From contig CAXXIA010000001.1 of the NCBI GenBank assembly GCA_963666985.2, positions 640,001 through 704,000 on the forward strand: a stretch of DNA of 64,000 nucleotides. Direction: 5' to 3'. This DNA is from Spirochaetia bacterium. GTDB lineage: Bacteria > Spirochaetota > Spirochaetia > DSM-2461. The notes below the pieces were generated by a model that was not told where the DNA came from, made no database searches, and saw only the letters and a program-made list of their open reading frames with translations. Of this stretch, positions 9,411-19,392 are shown piece by piece. A program made the position numbers and the translations under genes. Positions within the stretch are counted from its first letter, which is position 1; every line of letters begins with the position of its first letter.

Positions 9411-10439
9411 TTGCCCAATTCAATGTTTCGGCCGAAAAAAGATCATCCTTATAATTTTAGTGCGTCACGAGTCGGTTTTTTTAAATCTTGTCGGCGTAAG
9501 GGCCGAGAGAAATTTACCGTCATAATGGCTTCCGATACGGGAAAACGCTCTTTATGTTTTCAAATGTCGTTTTTTACATTGTTTTTTATCGGTTTTATGT
9601 TTCTTGTTCTTCTGGCGGGATTTTTTTGGTTCTTCCTTGATTCTTCAAGGAAAGAGGTATTGTTGGCTTCCCGTTCTCACGATTTCACCGATGCCGAAGC
9701 AAGCCTTGATATCGTCAGGGATGAAGTCAATGAACTGTTATTTTCCACCGAATCATTTCGTAAAACTCTTTACTCCACTTTGGATGTACTCGGTATTGAA
9801 AATGTCTCGAATGTTCCCCGCACATCGGCCTATGGTGAAATATCGTCGCTGCTTTCCGTTAAGAGCGAGAGTATGGCCGAGATTTCCAAGCTGGAGAGTC
9901 TTCGAACCGCGCTGGATAGCTCAGTTCCTGTTTTGGATAGTTTCGGCCGGAAGTTTTACGGACAGAAAGAACTTATGGCGGACATCCCTTCCATCTGGCC
10001 TCTTAAGGATGTTCACGGGCGGGTTACATTAACCTTCGGTGTTGTTCCTAATCCTTTTACCGGATTTTGGTACATTCATCGGGGTGCCGATTTCGGATTC
10101 GGCTTGGGTGTTCCTATCGTGGCAACTGCAAACGGAACGGTGGTAAAGAAAGCATACTCACCCGACAACTATGGCTACTATATAGATATCCAGCATAAAT
10201 ACGGATTTAAAACGCGCTATGCTCATATGCAGAGGCAGCTTGTGAGTGTTGGACAAAAAGTTTCTCAAGGAGAGGTGATCGGAACCATGGGAGACTCCGG
10301 ATACGTTACGGGAGTCCATCTCCATTACGAGGTGATGCTTGCGGATCATTTGGTGGATCCCATCACTTTTCTTGACATAAGAAATGATACTTCTCTCTAT
10401 CTTGTTCCCGATTTGCGAGAAAAATTTATCGGCGAATAG
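9411..10439 (+). CDS. M23 family metallopeptidase with N-terminal membrane anchor
   Basis: TM helix, coiled-coil stretch, HRGAD, YAH and HLHYEV M23 motifs. Start codon uncertain. Confidence 0.88.
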   Translation: MPNSMFRPKKDHPYNFSASRVGFFKSCRRKGREKFTVIMASDTGKRSLCFQMSFFTLFFIGFMFLVLLAGFFWFFLDSSRKEVLLASRSHDFTDAEASLDIVRDEVNELLFSTESFRKTLYSTLDVLGIENVSNVPRTSAYGEISSLLSVKSESMAEISKLESLRTALDSSVPVLDSFGRKFYGQKELMADIPSIWPLKDVHGRVTLTFGVVPNPFTGFWYIHRGADFGFGLGVPIVATANGTVVKKAYSPDNYGYYIDIQHKYGFKTRYAHMQRQLVSVGQKVSQGEVIGTMGDSGYVTGVHLHYEVMLADHLVDPITFLDIRNDTSLYLVPDLREKFIGE

Positions 10440-10505
10440 TTCAACGCTAATGCCCGAAGGAGCCATTGTGACAGGGCGGCGGCGAGGTCTATAATCCTGA
10501 TTTAA

Positions 10506-11804
10506 GTGGATAACATACTGATTGAACTCGATAACCGGGACATCCTGTCGCGAATGTGCGAGCGGGCTTTACTGATAGGCATCAGAGAAGACGGAGAAAC
10601 CAAAGAGTCGGCCGAAGCTCATCTGGACGAACTCGAAGGGCTGGTGGATTCCTTGGGCATTCCGACCGCCGGCACGCTCTTGGTGCATCTGCGTGAAACG
10701 AATTCCCGATGGCTCCTTGGGAAAGGCAAGGTGGAAGAGGTTTCCGCCGCCATCGATGATTTGCACGCGGATTTGGTGGTTTTCGACTGCGATTTATCCC
10801 CGGCGCAGCAGAGAAATCTCGAAAAAGAATGGGATACCGCCGTTATCGACAGACGGGAGGTTATCCTTGATATCTTCGCCGACCGGGCCTCGACTCGCGA
10901 AGCGGTCCTGCAGGTGGGTTTGGCGCGAATGCAGTACAGTCTGCCGCGTCTTACACGCGCCTGGACGCATCTTTCGCGTCAGCGCGGCGGTGCCAGAGGC
11001 AACCGGGGTAAAGGCGAAACGCAGCTGGAAACCGACCGGAGACTGGTTCTTAATAAGATAGCGGGCCTGAAGCGCGAATTGGTCAAGGTCCGGGAACAGC
11101 GGGATGTTCGGAGAAAGAAGCGGCTGGAAAATGCCGTTCCCTCCGTTTCTCTCGTGGGATATACGAACGCCGGAAAATCGTCGCTTCTGAACGCCGTCAG
11201 CGGATCGGATGTTCTTGTGGAAAACAAGCTTTTCGCCACGCTCGATCCGACCACGCGGCGCGTGGAACTGCCGGGCGGACGGGAATTCCTGATGACCGAT
11301 ACAGTCGGATTTATCCGCAAGCTTCCGCATGATCTTGTGGATGCTTTTCGCTCGACTCTGGAGGAAGCCGTTCTGGCCGATGTTATTCTGCATGTGGTGG
11401 ATTCCGGCAGTCCCGAATTGGACGATCATATCGCGGTTACCGAAAGCGTCCTGCGGGAATTGGGGGCCGGTGAAAAGCCCGTTATTCTGGTTCTCAATAA
11501 AATCGACAGTCTTGATTCCTTCGAAGCTTCGGCGCTCTCGTTCCGTTATCCGAACGGTTTGCCCGTATCCGCGATGGACGGACGCGGGATTGATGAGCTT
11601 GTGGAACGGCTCGGAAGGGAGCTTGACGCTTACCGTCCGGTTGTCGTGCTGAAGCTGCCTTTGGACCGATGGGATTTAAGAGCACGGCTTCACAAAGAAT
11701 CCACTGTTATCAATGAGGAATATGGAGCCGATGAATTACTTATAACCGTGCGTCTCGGACCTGAGGAACGGGGGCGGTTGGCGGAATATATTTGTGAAAA
11801 CTGA
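10506..11804 (+). CDS. hflX: GTPase HflX
   Basis: GKGETQLETDRR, GYTNAGKSS, LFATLDPT, DTVGFI, NKID. TATAAT at 10490-10495 upstream. Confidence 0.96.
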   Translation: MDNILIELDNRDILSRMCERALLIGIREDGETKESAEAHLDELEGLVDSLGIPTAGTLLVHLRETNSRWLLGKGKVEEVSAAIDDLHADLVVFDCDLSPAQQRNLEKEWDTAVIDRREVILDIFADRASTREAVLQVGLARMQYSLPRLTRAWTHLSRQRGGARGNRGKGETQLETDRRLVLNKIAGLKRELVKVREQRDVRRKKRLENAVPSVSLVGYTNAGKSSLLNAVSGSDVLVENKLFATLDPTTRRVELPGGREFLMTDTVGFIRKLPHDLVDAFRSTLEEAVLADVILHVVDSGSPELDDHIAVTESVLRELGAGEKPVILVLNKIDSLDSFEASALSFRYPNGLPVSAMDGRGIDELVERLGRELDAYRPVVVLKLPLDRWDLRARLHKESTVINEEYGADELLITVRLGPEERGRLAEYICEN

Positions 11805-13120
11805 TTTTTTGAACCGTGTAAAAATAAAAAGATCCGTCGGACATCTCTCAAGACATTGGTATCTGCTCGTTTCGTTCCTTTTCATTCTTCTTCTTTCCGT
11901 AATGAATGCCGAAAATCATGCGGGAGCCGACGTTCGGGAGCCTTCCGGAAAAACCGGCCGGGAAACACTTGTAACCGACGCCGTTACGGGGCCTTTCCCC
12001 GGAGTTGACGGTCCTCTCATCCCTGTGCGTGAAGAAACGCGGAATTTGAAATTCGGAGAGTCTCCGGCCTCGTTCCTGAGAGATTTCGGTTTTTCCGGAA
12101 CGGAAACCGTCGAGGCCGTGGAAGCTCTTTCTGCGGTTCTTGATGTAACACGCATCAGAGAAGGGCAGGAATTTACCGTCGAATTCGGAACCAACGGACG
12201 ACCCCGGGAAATCAGAATCCCCGTAAGGATTCAACCGGCTTGTCAAAGTCCATCGTGAATCCGGCCGCTGGAAGGCGGAAGAGTGCATGCTGGAATTCGA
12301 AACACGGACAATCCTGAAACGGACACAGGTGGAATCCTCCCTGTACGGCGCGGCTAAGGACGCCGGAATTCCGCTGTCCGTTATGATGGAAGCCATCGGC
12401 CTTTTCGGCTTTCAGGTTGATTTCCAAAGGGATATTCACCGGGGGAATGAAGTAACGCTTCTTTATGAAATTCTTGTGGACGACGACGGAGAAACCGTCG
12501 CGGCCGGAGAGTTGATTTACGCGCGTTTGGACCTTAATTCCCGCAGTGAGGAAGCCTGGAGATATGAGAATCTTGAAGGGAAAGCCGATTATTATGAGAA
12601 CGACGGAACCTCCGTCCGCAAAGCATTGCTGAAAACTCCGGTGGACGGCGGAAGACTTACCTCCGGATTCGGCTACAGAAAACATCCCATTCTCGGCTTT
12701 ACGGCGCTGCACCGCGGAGTTGATTTCGCCGTACCGACCGGTACGCCCGTAATGGCCGCGGGAGACGGCCGGATTATCCGTTCCGGCTGGCACGATCAAT
12801 ACGGAAACCATGTGCTGATTCGGCATGCCAATCATTACGATACGCTCTACGCTCATTTCAGCAGCATCGCTTCGGGCATGGTCGCCGGAAAAGAAGTGAC
12901 TCAAGGAACCGTTGTCGGCTATGTGGGATCAACGGGAATGTCCACCGGTCCGCATTGTCATTATGAGGTGCGCTATTACGGTTCGCCCGTGAATCCGGCG
13001 GAATTGAAGTTCCCTCCGAGTCATAAACTTTCGCCCGAAGATGATCGTCTCTTCGAACTGGAAAGGGCGGCGCTGATGTCCGAATTCGATCTGTCCGGGC
13101 CCGAAAAATACGAGGATTAG
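11794..13120 (+). pseudogene. MepM/OapA-like M23 murein endopeptidase split by a +1 frameshift
   Basis: ORF 11794-12258 (TM + Csd3-like N-region) and ORF 12287-13120 (DFQRDI, HRGVDF, HCHYEV) join in frame if one A at 12225-12226 is removed (...IRIPV-GFNRLVKVHRESGRWKAEE...). Confidence 0.8.
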
Positions 13121-13186
13121 GATATTTGAAGCGGAAACACACACAATGGTGACATGAACGAACCTTTTGTGGGTTACAATGGTGAT

Positions 13187-13639
13187 GTGAAAAACGCTGT
13201 TTTCATCGTAGCGGTTCTTCTGGCCGCTACATCATGTACAAGTCTTTCCGACGCGAAAATCGCCGAAGCGGCCGCTGGAGTCTCCGATGATTTAAATACC
13301 GGCGATGTTGATGCTTTAACGGGAAGTTCGGGAACACCATTCCTGTTCGAAACGGAAATCCTCCCGGCTCCCGCGCAGTTAAGAGCTTTATGGGAAGCCT
13401 TGGCCGCATCCGGGTACGATTTCGGTCCGAAGGGTGAAATTACAGTTCTGAATCCAGATAAAAACACTTGGGAACGATTCTCCTCCTCCCGGGAAGTCGA
13501 AGTCTGGTTTCAAAAGCATGCGCCCGCGGATGCCGCTCTCGCCGTTGTTCCCACCGATGAGGGCCGAATCGTTCTTGTTGTCGATCGAAATAAAAAAAGC
13601 CCGACGCCGATTCGGGGGTTAAAGGTGGAACAGGAATGA
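13187..13639 (+). CDS. Hypothetical lipoprotein
   Basis: MKNAVFIVAVLLAATSC lipobox-like signal from GTG 13187; overlaps the next gene's start. Confidence 0.7.
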   Translation: MKNAVFIVAVLLAATSCTSLSDAKIAEAAAGVSDDLNTGDVDALTGSSGTPFLFETEILPAPAQLRALWEALAASGYDFGPKGEITVLNPDKNTWERFSSSREVEVWFQKHAPADAALAVVPTDEGRIVLVVDRNKKSPTPIRGLKVEQE

Positions 13640-14676
13640 ATATTCGCCTTTTAACCGCCGCCGCGTTCGCTTTAATATTCGCGGCGGTTTCGGCCGATTC
13701 CCTTTGTGCCGCGGAAGGCCGTTTGGCCTATGTTGAAGGAAACGTGATTTTGGAGAAAACCGGCGGCATTCAAAAGCCGGCGGAAATTGGAGAGAATGTC
13801 TCCGCCGGAGACACCCTTTATACGGCCTCCGACAGCCGCGCGGATCTTGAGCTGTTATCCGGCTCAACCGTGATTATCGGAGCCGACAGTGTTTTCAACG
13901 TGGGAGAAATCGCCGATTCCGAAGCGGAAACCCGGAAAAAAGGCTTTTTCCGGGTGCTCCTGGGTTCGGTCTCCTTTAAATTCAGGAATCTTACCCAAGA
14001 ACCGGAAATCGGTACGCCTCTGACGGTCTGTTCGGTTCGGGGAACCGACTTTACCGTCTATACCGCCCCGGACGGAACGTCCATGACCGTTGTTTCCGAC
14101 GGCTTGGTGGAAGTTACTTCCGGCCGGGCCGCTGCGCTGCTCTCCGCAGGCCAGGGGGTAAAGGCCGTCGTGGGACTGGGATTGGGCGAACCCTTCGAGG
14201 CAAAAAAAGGCCACATTCGATATGAGGATTTTGTTGATGAGGCCCTGACGCGAATGGATGAAGATCCTTCTCTTGTTTTAATTTCTCTTATTGATCAAAT
14301 GAAAGAATATGTTGAACAAGGGGAATTCTTTGTCGAATCTTATCGAATTAATAGAGAAAAAGTCATTGCTGTCAGGGAACAAGTGAATTCGGTTTTTGAA
14401 GATCAAGGAAAAGAAGCGGGTGAAAAGATGAGGCAAATGGAATATCTTCCCCTTCAGGAAAGAGGTCTTGATCTGGCTTTGACTTCTCGCTATTACATCC
14501 TTTCTGCTTTTATGATGAGACGATATACGTTTTCCAGTCTATACATTCATATTAGATGTAATTATTTACAAAATCCTAATGATCCAATATGGAGTGAGTT
14601 TTCTACTACATATCAGAAGTTTTTGGATATATATGACAATCGGCTTATTCCGTTGCTTGAGGAGGAAGATTTATGA
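13636..14676 (+). CDS. Exported FecR-domain protein
   Basis: Signal peptide; GDTLYT, and TPLTVCSVRGTDF...VSDGLVEV FecR-like motif; helical C-terminal domain. Confidence 0.8.
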   Translation: MNIRLLTAAAFALIFAAVSADSLCAAEGRLAYVEGNVILEKTGGIQKPAEIGENVSAGDTLYTASDSRADLELLSGSTVIIGADSVFNVGEIADSEAETRKKGFFRVLLGSVSFKFRNLTQEPEIGTPLTVCSVRGTDFTVYTAPDGTSMTVVSDGLVEVTSGRAAALLSAGQGVKAVVGLGLGEPFEAKKGHIRYEDFVDEALTRMDEDPSLVLISLIDQMKEYVEQGEFFVESYRINREKVIAVREQVNSVFEDQGKEAGEKMRQMEYLPLQERGLDLALTSRYYILSAFMMRRYTFSSLYIHIRCNYLQNPNDPIWSEFSTTYQKFLDIYDNRLIPLLEEEDL

Positions 14677-15110
14677 GTTTGAGAAAGGTTGTCCTTTTTG
14701 GGACCTTATTTTTATTATCTGCAGGAATAATGATTTATTCCGGGTGTACCGCTGGGATTACAAAAGAGCAGAGGATAGAAATGTTCATACAAGATATGGA
14801 ATCGGGAGCCGGTGCGAATCCAAAGGAGCATTTCAGCGGAACTGAAGATGTCCAATATATTACGGCCGCGATTTTCGAATCGTCGAATATGGATCCAAGT
14901 GATTCTGAATTCGATATAACAGATTATTCGATCAGTAATAATAATTTTTCTATCTATTTTGACAGCAGTTCCGCCAATGGCGGCTCAAATCAAACGGCAA
15001 CCGGAACTTTTACCTCTGTGAGCACAGGAATTACTGAAGATTGGTATATTCGGAATCTTTATATACCTGATTTTTCAGATAATCCTATCCCCGATGGATT
15101 AGCACCTTAA
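14673..15110 (+). CDS. Hypothetical lipoprotein
   Basis: Signal ending IYSGC; ATGA overlap with the FecR gene; AT-rich. Confidence 0.7.
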   Translation: MSLRKVVLFGTLFLLSAGIMIYSGCTAGITKEQRIEMFIQDMESGAGANPKEHFSGTEDVQYITAAIFESSNMDPSDSEFDITDYSISNNNFSIYFDSSSANGGSNQTATGTFTSVSTGITEDWYIRNLYIPDFSDNPIPDGLAP

Positions 15111-15149
15111 TACGGTTGTTATTTTTAATAGATTGCTATACGAAGTATT

Positions 15150-15785
15150 ATGCCTTACTTGAAAACACTTATCGCGGGTCCGTTCGGGACCAACTGCTAC
15201 CTTGTCGGAGCCGATGATACCGACAAGGTCGTTTTGATTGATGCGCCGCCCGATTGCCGCGACCAGGTGGCGCGAACCCTTCGGCAAGACAAAAAAACAC
15301 TCGCGGCTTTGCTGATCACCCATCCCCATTTCGATCATACGGTCGATACGGGTTTGTTCGCCTCCGACGGAATTCCCGTTTATGCGCATGCGGAAGCGGA
15401 GGAGGGGATTCGGAAGCCGGATACTCTGGGGCTCATCCCGTTCCCGCCGCAGGGGATTCCCGAGGAACGTGAAATTCACCGTCTCGCCGGGGGTGATGAA
15501 ATCGAATCGGCCGGTCTGAAGATACGCTGCTTCGATGTTCCGGGTCATTCAAACGGATCTCTGGCCTTTTACATACCGGACTTAAAAGCCTGCTTTGTCG
15601 GTGATGTTCTTTTTCAGGGATCGATAGGACGCACGGATTTGCCGGGCGGCGATTTTGGCGTTATTTCCGATTCCATACGGAATGTTTTGTATGTTTTAAG
15701 CGACGATACCCGTATCTATCCGGGGCATGGGCCGCAAACAACGGTGGGCGACGAGAAGCGGGGAAATCCTTTCGTAAGAGGATAG
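15150..15785 (+). CDS. MBL-fold metallo-hydrolase (glyoxalase II/YcbL-like)
   Basis: THPHFDH, PGHS, GDVLF..SIGRTDLPGG and YPGHG motifs. Confidence 0.92.
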   Translation: MPYLKTLIAGPFGTNCYLVGADDTDKVVLIDAPPDCRDQVARTLRQDKKTLAALLITHPHFDHTVDTGLFASDGIPVYAHAEAEEGIRKPDTLGLIPFPPQGIPEEREIHRLAGGDEIESAGLKIRCFDVPGHSNGSLAFYIPDLKACFVGDVLFQGSIGRTDLPGGDFGVISDSIRNVLYVLSDDTRIYPGHGPQTTVGDEKRGNPFVRG

Positions 15786-16101
15786 AGGGAGCGCCGCCGG
15801 CCGCCGGGAGATGCGATGGCTTCCCGGGAGATGCGGAAGACTTTCCGTTCGGCGGCGATGTCCGCCCAACAGGCGGCGGGCCTTTCTGGGCGGTATAAAC
15901 TCTATCCTGATTTTCTCCCTGTGTTAAAGCGCCTTGGAAAAGTGCCCCGGAACTCTTAAAGCGCGAAAGAGCGGGCTTATCGGAACGAATTGAGCTCGGC
16001 CGGACGGTCTATTAGCGTCTCTCCGGGAACTTCCGCCATTAAACGTTGCGGTTTTAAAAGCCGCCGCTTTATTAGAGAACTGCCGGGATACCGCACAAGT
16101 C

Positions 16102-16130
16102 TTGACCCCCCTCCCAAGCCTTCCGATAAT
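16102..16130 (+). promoter_or_regulatory. Sigma70-like promoter of metA
   Basis: TTGACC-N17-GATAAT ~50 nt upstream of the start; AAGGAG RBS. Confidence 0.55.
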
Positions 16131-16179
16131 GAGCCCCTAAAAGGCTGTATCAAAAAGCCTTTGGGGAAGGAGCGGCTCC

Positions 16180-17097
16180 ATGCCTATTAAAATCCAAGAC
16201 GGTTTACCGGCGATTAAGGTTCTTACCGAAGAGAATATCTTCGTGATGACCGAGTCGCGGGCCATGCATCAGGACATCAGACCCTTAAGAATACTTATTC
16301 TGAATCTGATGCCTCTGAAAATCGTCACCGAGAATCAGCTCCTGCGCATGCTTTCCAATTCTCCGCTGCAGTGCGAGGTGGAATTGATTCTGCCGTCTTC
16401 CCACGAGTCTAAGAATACTTCCAGCGAACATCTCGATGTTTTCTATAAAACATTCGACGATGTGAAGGGCCGAAAATTCGACGGTCTGATTATCACCGGC
16501 GCTCCGGTGGAGACCATGGCGTTTGAAGAGGTGGACTACTGGGACGAAGTCGTGGACATCATGAACTGGGCCGAAAAGCATGTTTTCAGCACACTGTTCA
16601 TCTGCTGGGCGGCGCAGGCAGGGCTTTATCATCATCACGGAATCCCCAAACATCCGGTTGATGAGAAGGTTTCTGGTGTGTTCAGTCACACGGTTAACGA
16701 CAGATTCGTGCCTTTGGTTCGAGGGTTTGATGATGATTTCTATGCGCCGCATTCCAGGCATACGGAGGTTCGGCGCGAAGATATCGTCGGTCATGAGGAT
16801 CTTCTTATACTCTCCGAATCGGAAGAGGCCGGCATTTACATCGTTATGACTCCCGACGGCCGCCGCATTTATGTAACCGGTCATTCCGAATACGATCCGA
16901 TGACGCTCAAAGACGAGTACGAACGGGATTTGAAGAAGGGGATGAATCCCATTGTGCCCAGGAATTATTTCCCCAATGACGACCCCTCGAAGCCGCCTGT
17001 GATCCGCTGGAGAAGTCACGCGCATCTGCTGTTTTCCAATTGGCTTAATTATTATGTGTATCAGGCCACGCCGTTCGATATTGAAACCATCGAATAA
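16180..17097 (+). CDS. metA: MetA/HTS-family homoserine O-acyltransferase (probably acetyltransferase)
   Basis: ILNLMP, ITGAPVE, ICWAAQA, PHSR, TGHSEY and NWLNYYVYQ motifs. Confidence 0.96.
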   Translation: MPIKIQDGLPAIKVLTEENIFVMTESRAMHQDIRPLRILILNLMPLKIVTENQLLRMLSNSPLQCEVELILPSSHESKNTSSEHLDVFYKTFDDVKGRKFDGLIITGAPVETMAFEEVDYWDEVVDIMNWAEKHVFSTLFICWAAQAGLYHHHGIPKHPVDEKVSGVFSHTVNDRFVPLVRGFDDDFYAPHSRHTEVRREDIVGHEDLLILSESEEAGIYIVMTPDGRRIYVTGHSEYDPMTLKDEYERDLKKGMNPIVPRNYFPNDDPSKPPVIRWRSHAHLLFSNWLNYYVYQATPFDIETIE

Positions 17098-17113
17098 AAA
17101 ACACGGAGAACCT

Positions 17114-17548
17114 ATGAGCGGAACGGATCGATCTTGGGGCGCCGTTGTTTATGAAAGCGGGGAGGACGATGCCGAGAGGCGTTTCCTTTTGGTTCTTCAT
17201 GCTTCGGGCGGGCATTGGGATTCTCCCAAGGGGCATGCGGAAGCCGGCGAATCTCCCGAAGACACGGTCCGCAGGGAAATCCGGGAGGAAGGCGGCGTTG
17301 AGATTCGCTTGATTCCCGGTTTCGCTGTTGATGCGAATTGGACGCTGCCGGACGGCAGGCTGAAAACGGTGACGTATTATCTGGCCGAGAAAACTGCCGC
17401 CTGTTCGGCGGACGGACCCGAAGGCGAAATCCTGGGTATAGTATGGCTGCCGTATGCGGAGGCCAGGCGGCGGATTACTTATGAGAGCGGTAAGAAGGTT
17501 CTTGATGAAGCGGCCGCGTTTCTGGAGCGGTCCCGAAACGGCGGCTGA
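17114..17548 (+). CDS. NUDIX hydrolase (Ap4A hydrolase-like)
   Basis: HWDSPKGH followed by a Nudix box (G..EAGESPEDTVRREIREEGG). Start at ATG 17114 after GGAG. Confidence 0.85.
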   Translation: MSGTDRSWGAVVYESGEDDAERRFLLVLHASGGHWDSPKGHAEAGESPEDTVRREIREEGGVEIRLIPGFAVDANWTLPDGRLKTVTYYLAEKTAACSADGPEGEILGIVWLPYAEARRRITYESGKKVLDEAAAFLERSRNGG

Positions 17549-17593
17549 GAGCCGGCTTTCACGCGGCCGCTTGAGACCAATAATCCGTTAAGT

Positions 17594-17626
17594 AAAAAAA
17601 GACGCGGTTCTTGAACGAACCGCGCC
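17594..17626 (-). terminator. Intrinsic terminator of the ABC transporter pair
   Basis: Minus strand GGCGCGGTTC-GTTCAA-GAACCGCGTC followed by T7. Confidence 0.8.
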
Positions 17627-17660
17627 GAAGTCTTCAATAACCTTAGATATAGCGTCTTTC

Positions 17661-19391
17661 TTAACTCTGATACTGCGCTTTGAGCATGGATGCGAAAAGC
17701 CCCTGCCGTTGTTCGAGTTCTTCCGGTGTACCGCTTTCCGCGATGCCGCCGTCTTTCATCACAATGATTTTATCCGCGCCGGAGACGGTTCTCATGCGGT
17801 GGGCGATAATCAGAACGGTTTTATTTTTTATCAGTTCGCTTAAAGCCATTTGAATCTTGCTTTCATTTTCCGCATCCAATGAAGCCGTGGCTTCATCCAT
17901 GAGAATAATGGGAGCATCCTTAAGAATGGCACGGGCGATGGAGATTCTCTGCCGCTCTCCTCCGGAAAGCTTTTCTCCGTTTTCACCGATCGGTGTGTCG
18001 TATCCGTCGGAAAGCTTTTGGACGAAATCATCACAGCGGGCCAGGCGTGCGGCTTCAAGAACCTCTTCATCGGATGCGTCTTTTCGGCCGAGCCTGATAT
18101 TCTCCATAACGCTGGAATTGAACAGCGTGACGTCCTGAAAAACGATGGAAAAAGACTTCAGGAGAACTTCGGGATCAATCTCGGAAATATCAATACCGCC
18201 AAGGGTAATCGTTCCCTTATCAATATCCCAAAAGCGGGCCGAGAGTTTGGCTACGGTGCTTTTTCCTCCTCCCGACGGACCGACAAGGGCGGTTACTTCG
18301 CCTTGTTTCGCCGTCAAACTGACATTTCTCAGAGTCTGTACATCCTCCAGATAGGAAAAATCGACATTTTTGAATTCGATATCGTAGTTCTCCGGTTTAA
18401 ATTCGCTTCGTCCTTCCTGGCGCGGCATGGAGTCCATTTCCTTCATTCGCTTGATTCGGACATTCAGGAAAATAAGAGCGGCAAAATTATCAAAGGCCTG
18501 CATTACCGGATTATAGATGCGCGAAGCGATAATCAGAAAAACAAGATAGGTGAAAATGCCGATGGTGCCGGCCGACAGCATGTAAGCCCCGGTCAGAATC
18601 ACCGAAGGAAGGCCCAGTTTGAGAACAACGTAGGAAAGATTAATCAGAGTTCCCAGAAGGAGTTCGTTTTTTATAAGGATTTTTTCATACCCGTCCAGCG
18701 AGCCGTTAAGGTTTCCTGTGAAAAAATCTTCCCGGTTATAGGCTTTGATTTCATGGATTAAATCCAATTCTTCCTGAATGTTGTCGGAAATCCCTCTTTT
18801 CAAATCGTAAAGCTGTTTCTGGGATCTGTTCTGGAACTTCCTGGAAAGAAAGAAAACCAGCGCGGCGGCCGGAAGAACCCAGAAGACCGAAAGGGCCATT
18901 TTCCAGTTGTAGAGAAACAGCATAATGCAGATGATGAATACGTTGATAATGGACGCATACAGTTCCGGAACGGTATGGGAAAAAAGCTGTTCAATCTGCG
19001 TGGCGTCTTCCATGATGGTGGAGCTTAAGTCGGCGATATCTTTTTTTCCGAAAAAAGCCAGAGGAAGTTTCCGGAGTGTTTCGGCCAGACTGATCCGTCT
19101 TTTGGCGCTTTCTCCGTAAATACGGGTATAGGCCGAATCGTACTGAATGTAGGCCAGAAGAAACATAACCGCGAAGAACCCGATCGACCACAAAAGGTAA
19201 TTAAGAATTCGCCGGTCGGGAGAATAGGAAGGATTGATAACGGCCGTAATATGTTCGCTTAAGAATTTGCATCCGATGATAACCGGAAGCATAAAGCTCA
19301 AGTACAGAAGGGCCGTCCAAAAAACGGATATGATAAAGTCTTTCGCCCCTTTCTCGGACATGGCGAATTTATTTTGAAAGTACCGAATCAT
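17661..19391 (-). CDS. ABC transporter fused permease/ATPase (IrtB/YbtQ-like)
   Basis: TM domain plus Walker A GPSGGGKS, LSGGERQR and ILMDEAT. Confidence 0.92.
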   Translation of the reverse strand: MIRYFQNKFAMSEKGAKDFIISVFWTALLYLSFMLPVIIGCKFLSEHITAVINPSYSPDRRILNYLLWSIGFFAVMFLLAYIQYDSAYTRIYGESAKRRISLAETLRKLPLAFFGKKDIADLSSTIMEDATQIEQLFSHTVPELYASIINVFIICIMLFLYNWKMALSVFWVLPAAALVFFLSRKFQNRSQKQLYDLKRGISDNIQEELDLIHEIKAYNREDFFTGNLNGSLDGYEKILIKNELLLGTLINLSYVVLKLGLPSVILTGAYMLSAGTIGIFTYLVFLIIASRIYNPVMQAFDNFAALIFLNVRIKRMKEMDSMPRQEGRSEFKPENYDIEFKNVDFSYLEDVQTLRNVSLTAKQGEVTALVGPSGGGKSTVAKLSARFWDIDKGTITLGGIDISEIDPEVLLKSFSIVFQDVTLFNSSVMENIRLGRKDASDEEVLEAARLARCDDFVQKLSDGYDTPIGENGEKLSGGERQRISIARAILKDAPIILMDEATASLDAENESKIQMALSELIKNKTVLIIAHRMRTVSGADKIIVMKDGGIAESGTPEELEQRQGLFASMLKAQYQS

Positions 19392-19392
19392 C

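Noticed and set aside
15786..16179. SAM riboswitch or T-box upstream of metA
   Set aside because: No S-box or T-box core motifs were found. A good promoter lies ~50 nt from the start, leaving no room. The 12-bp CCGGGAGATGCG duplication nearby is too short to interpret.
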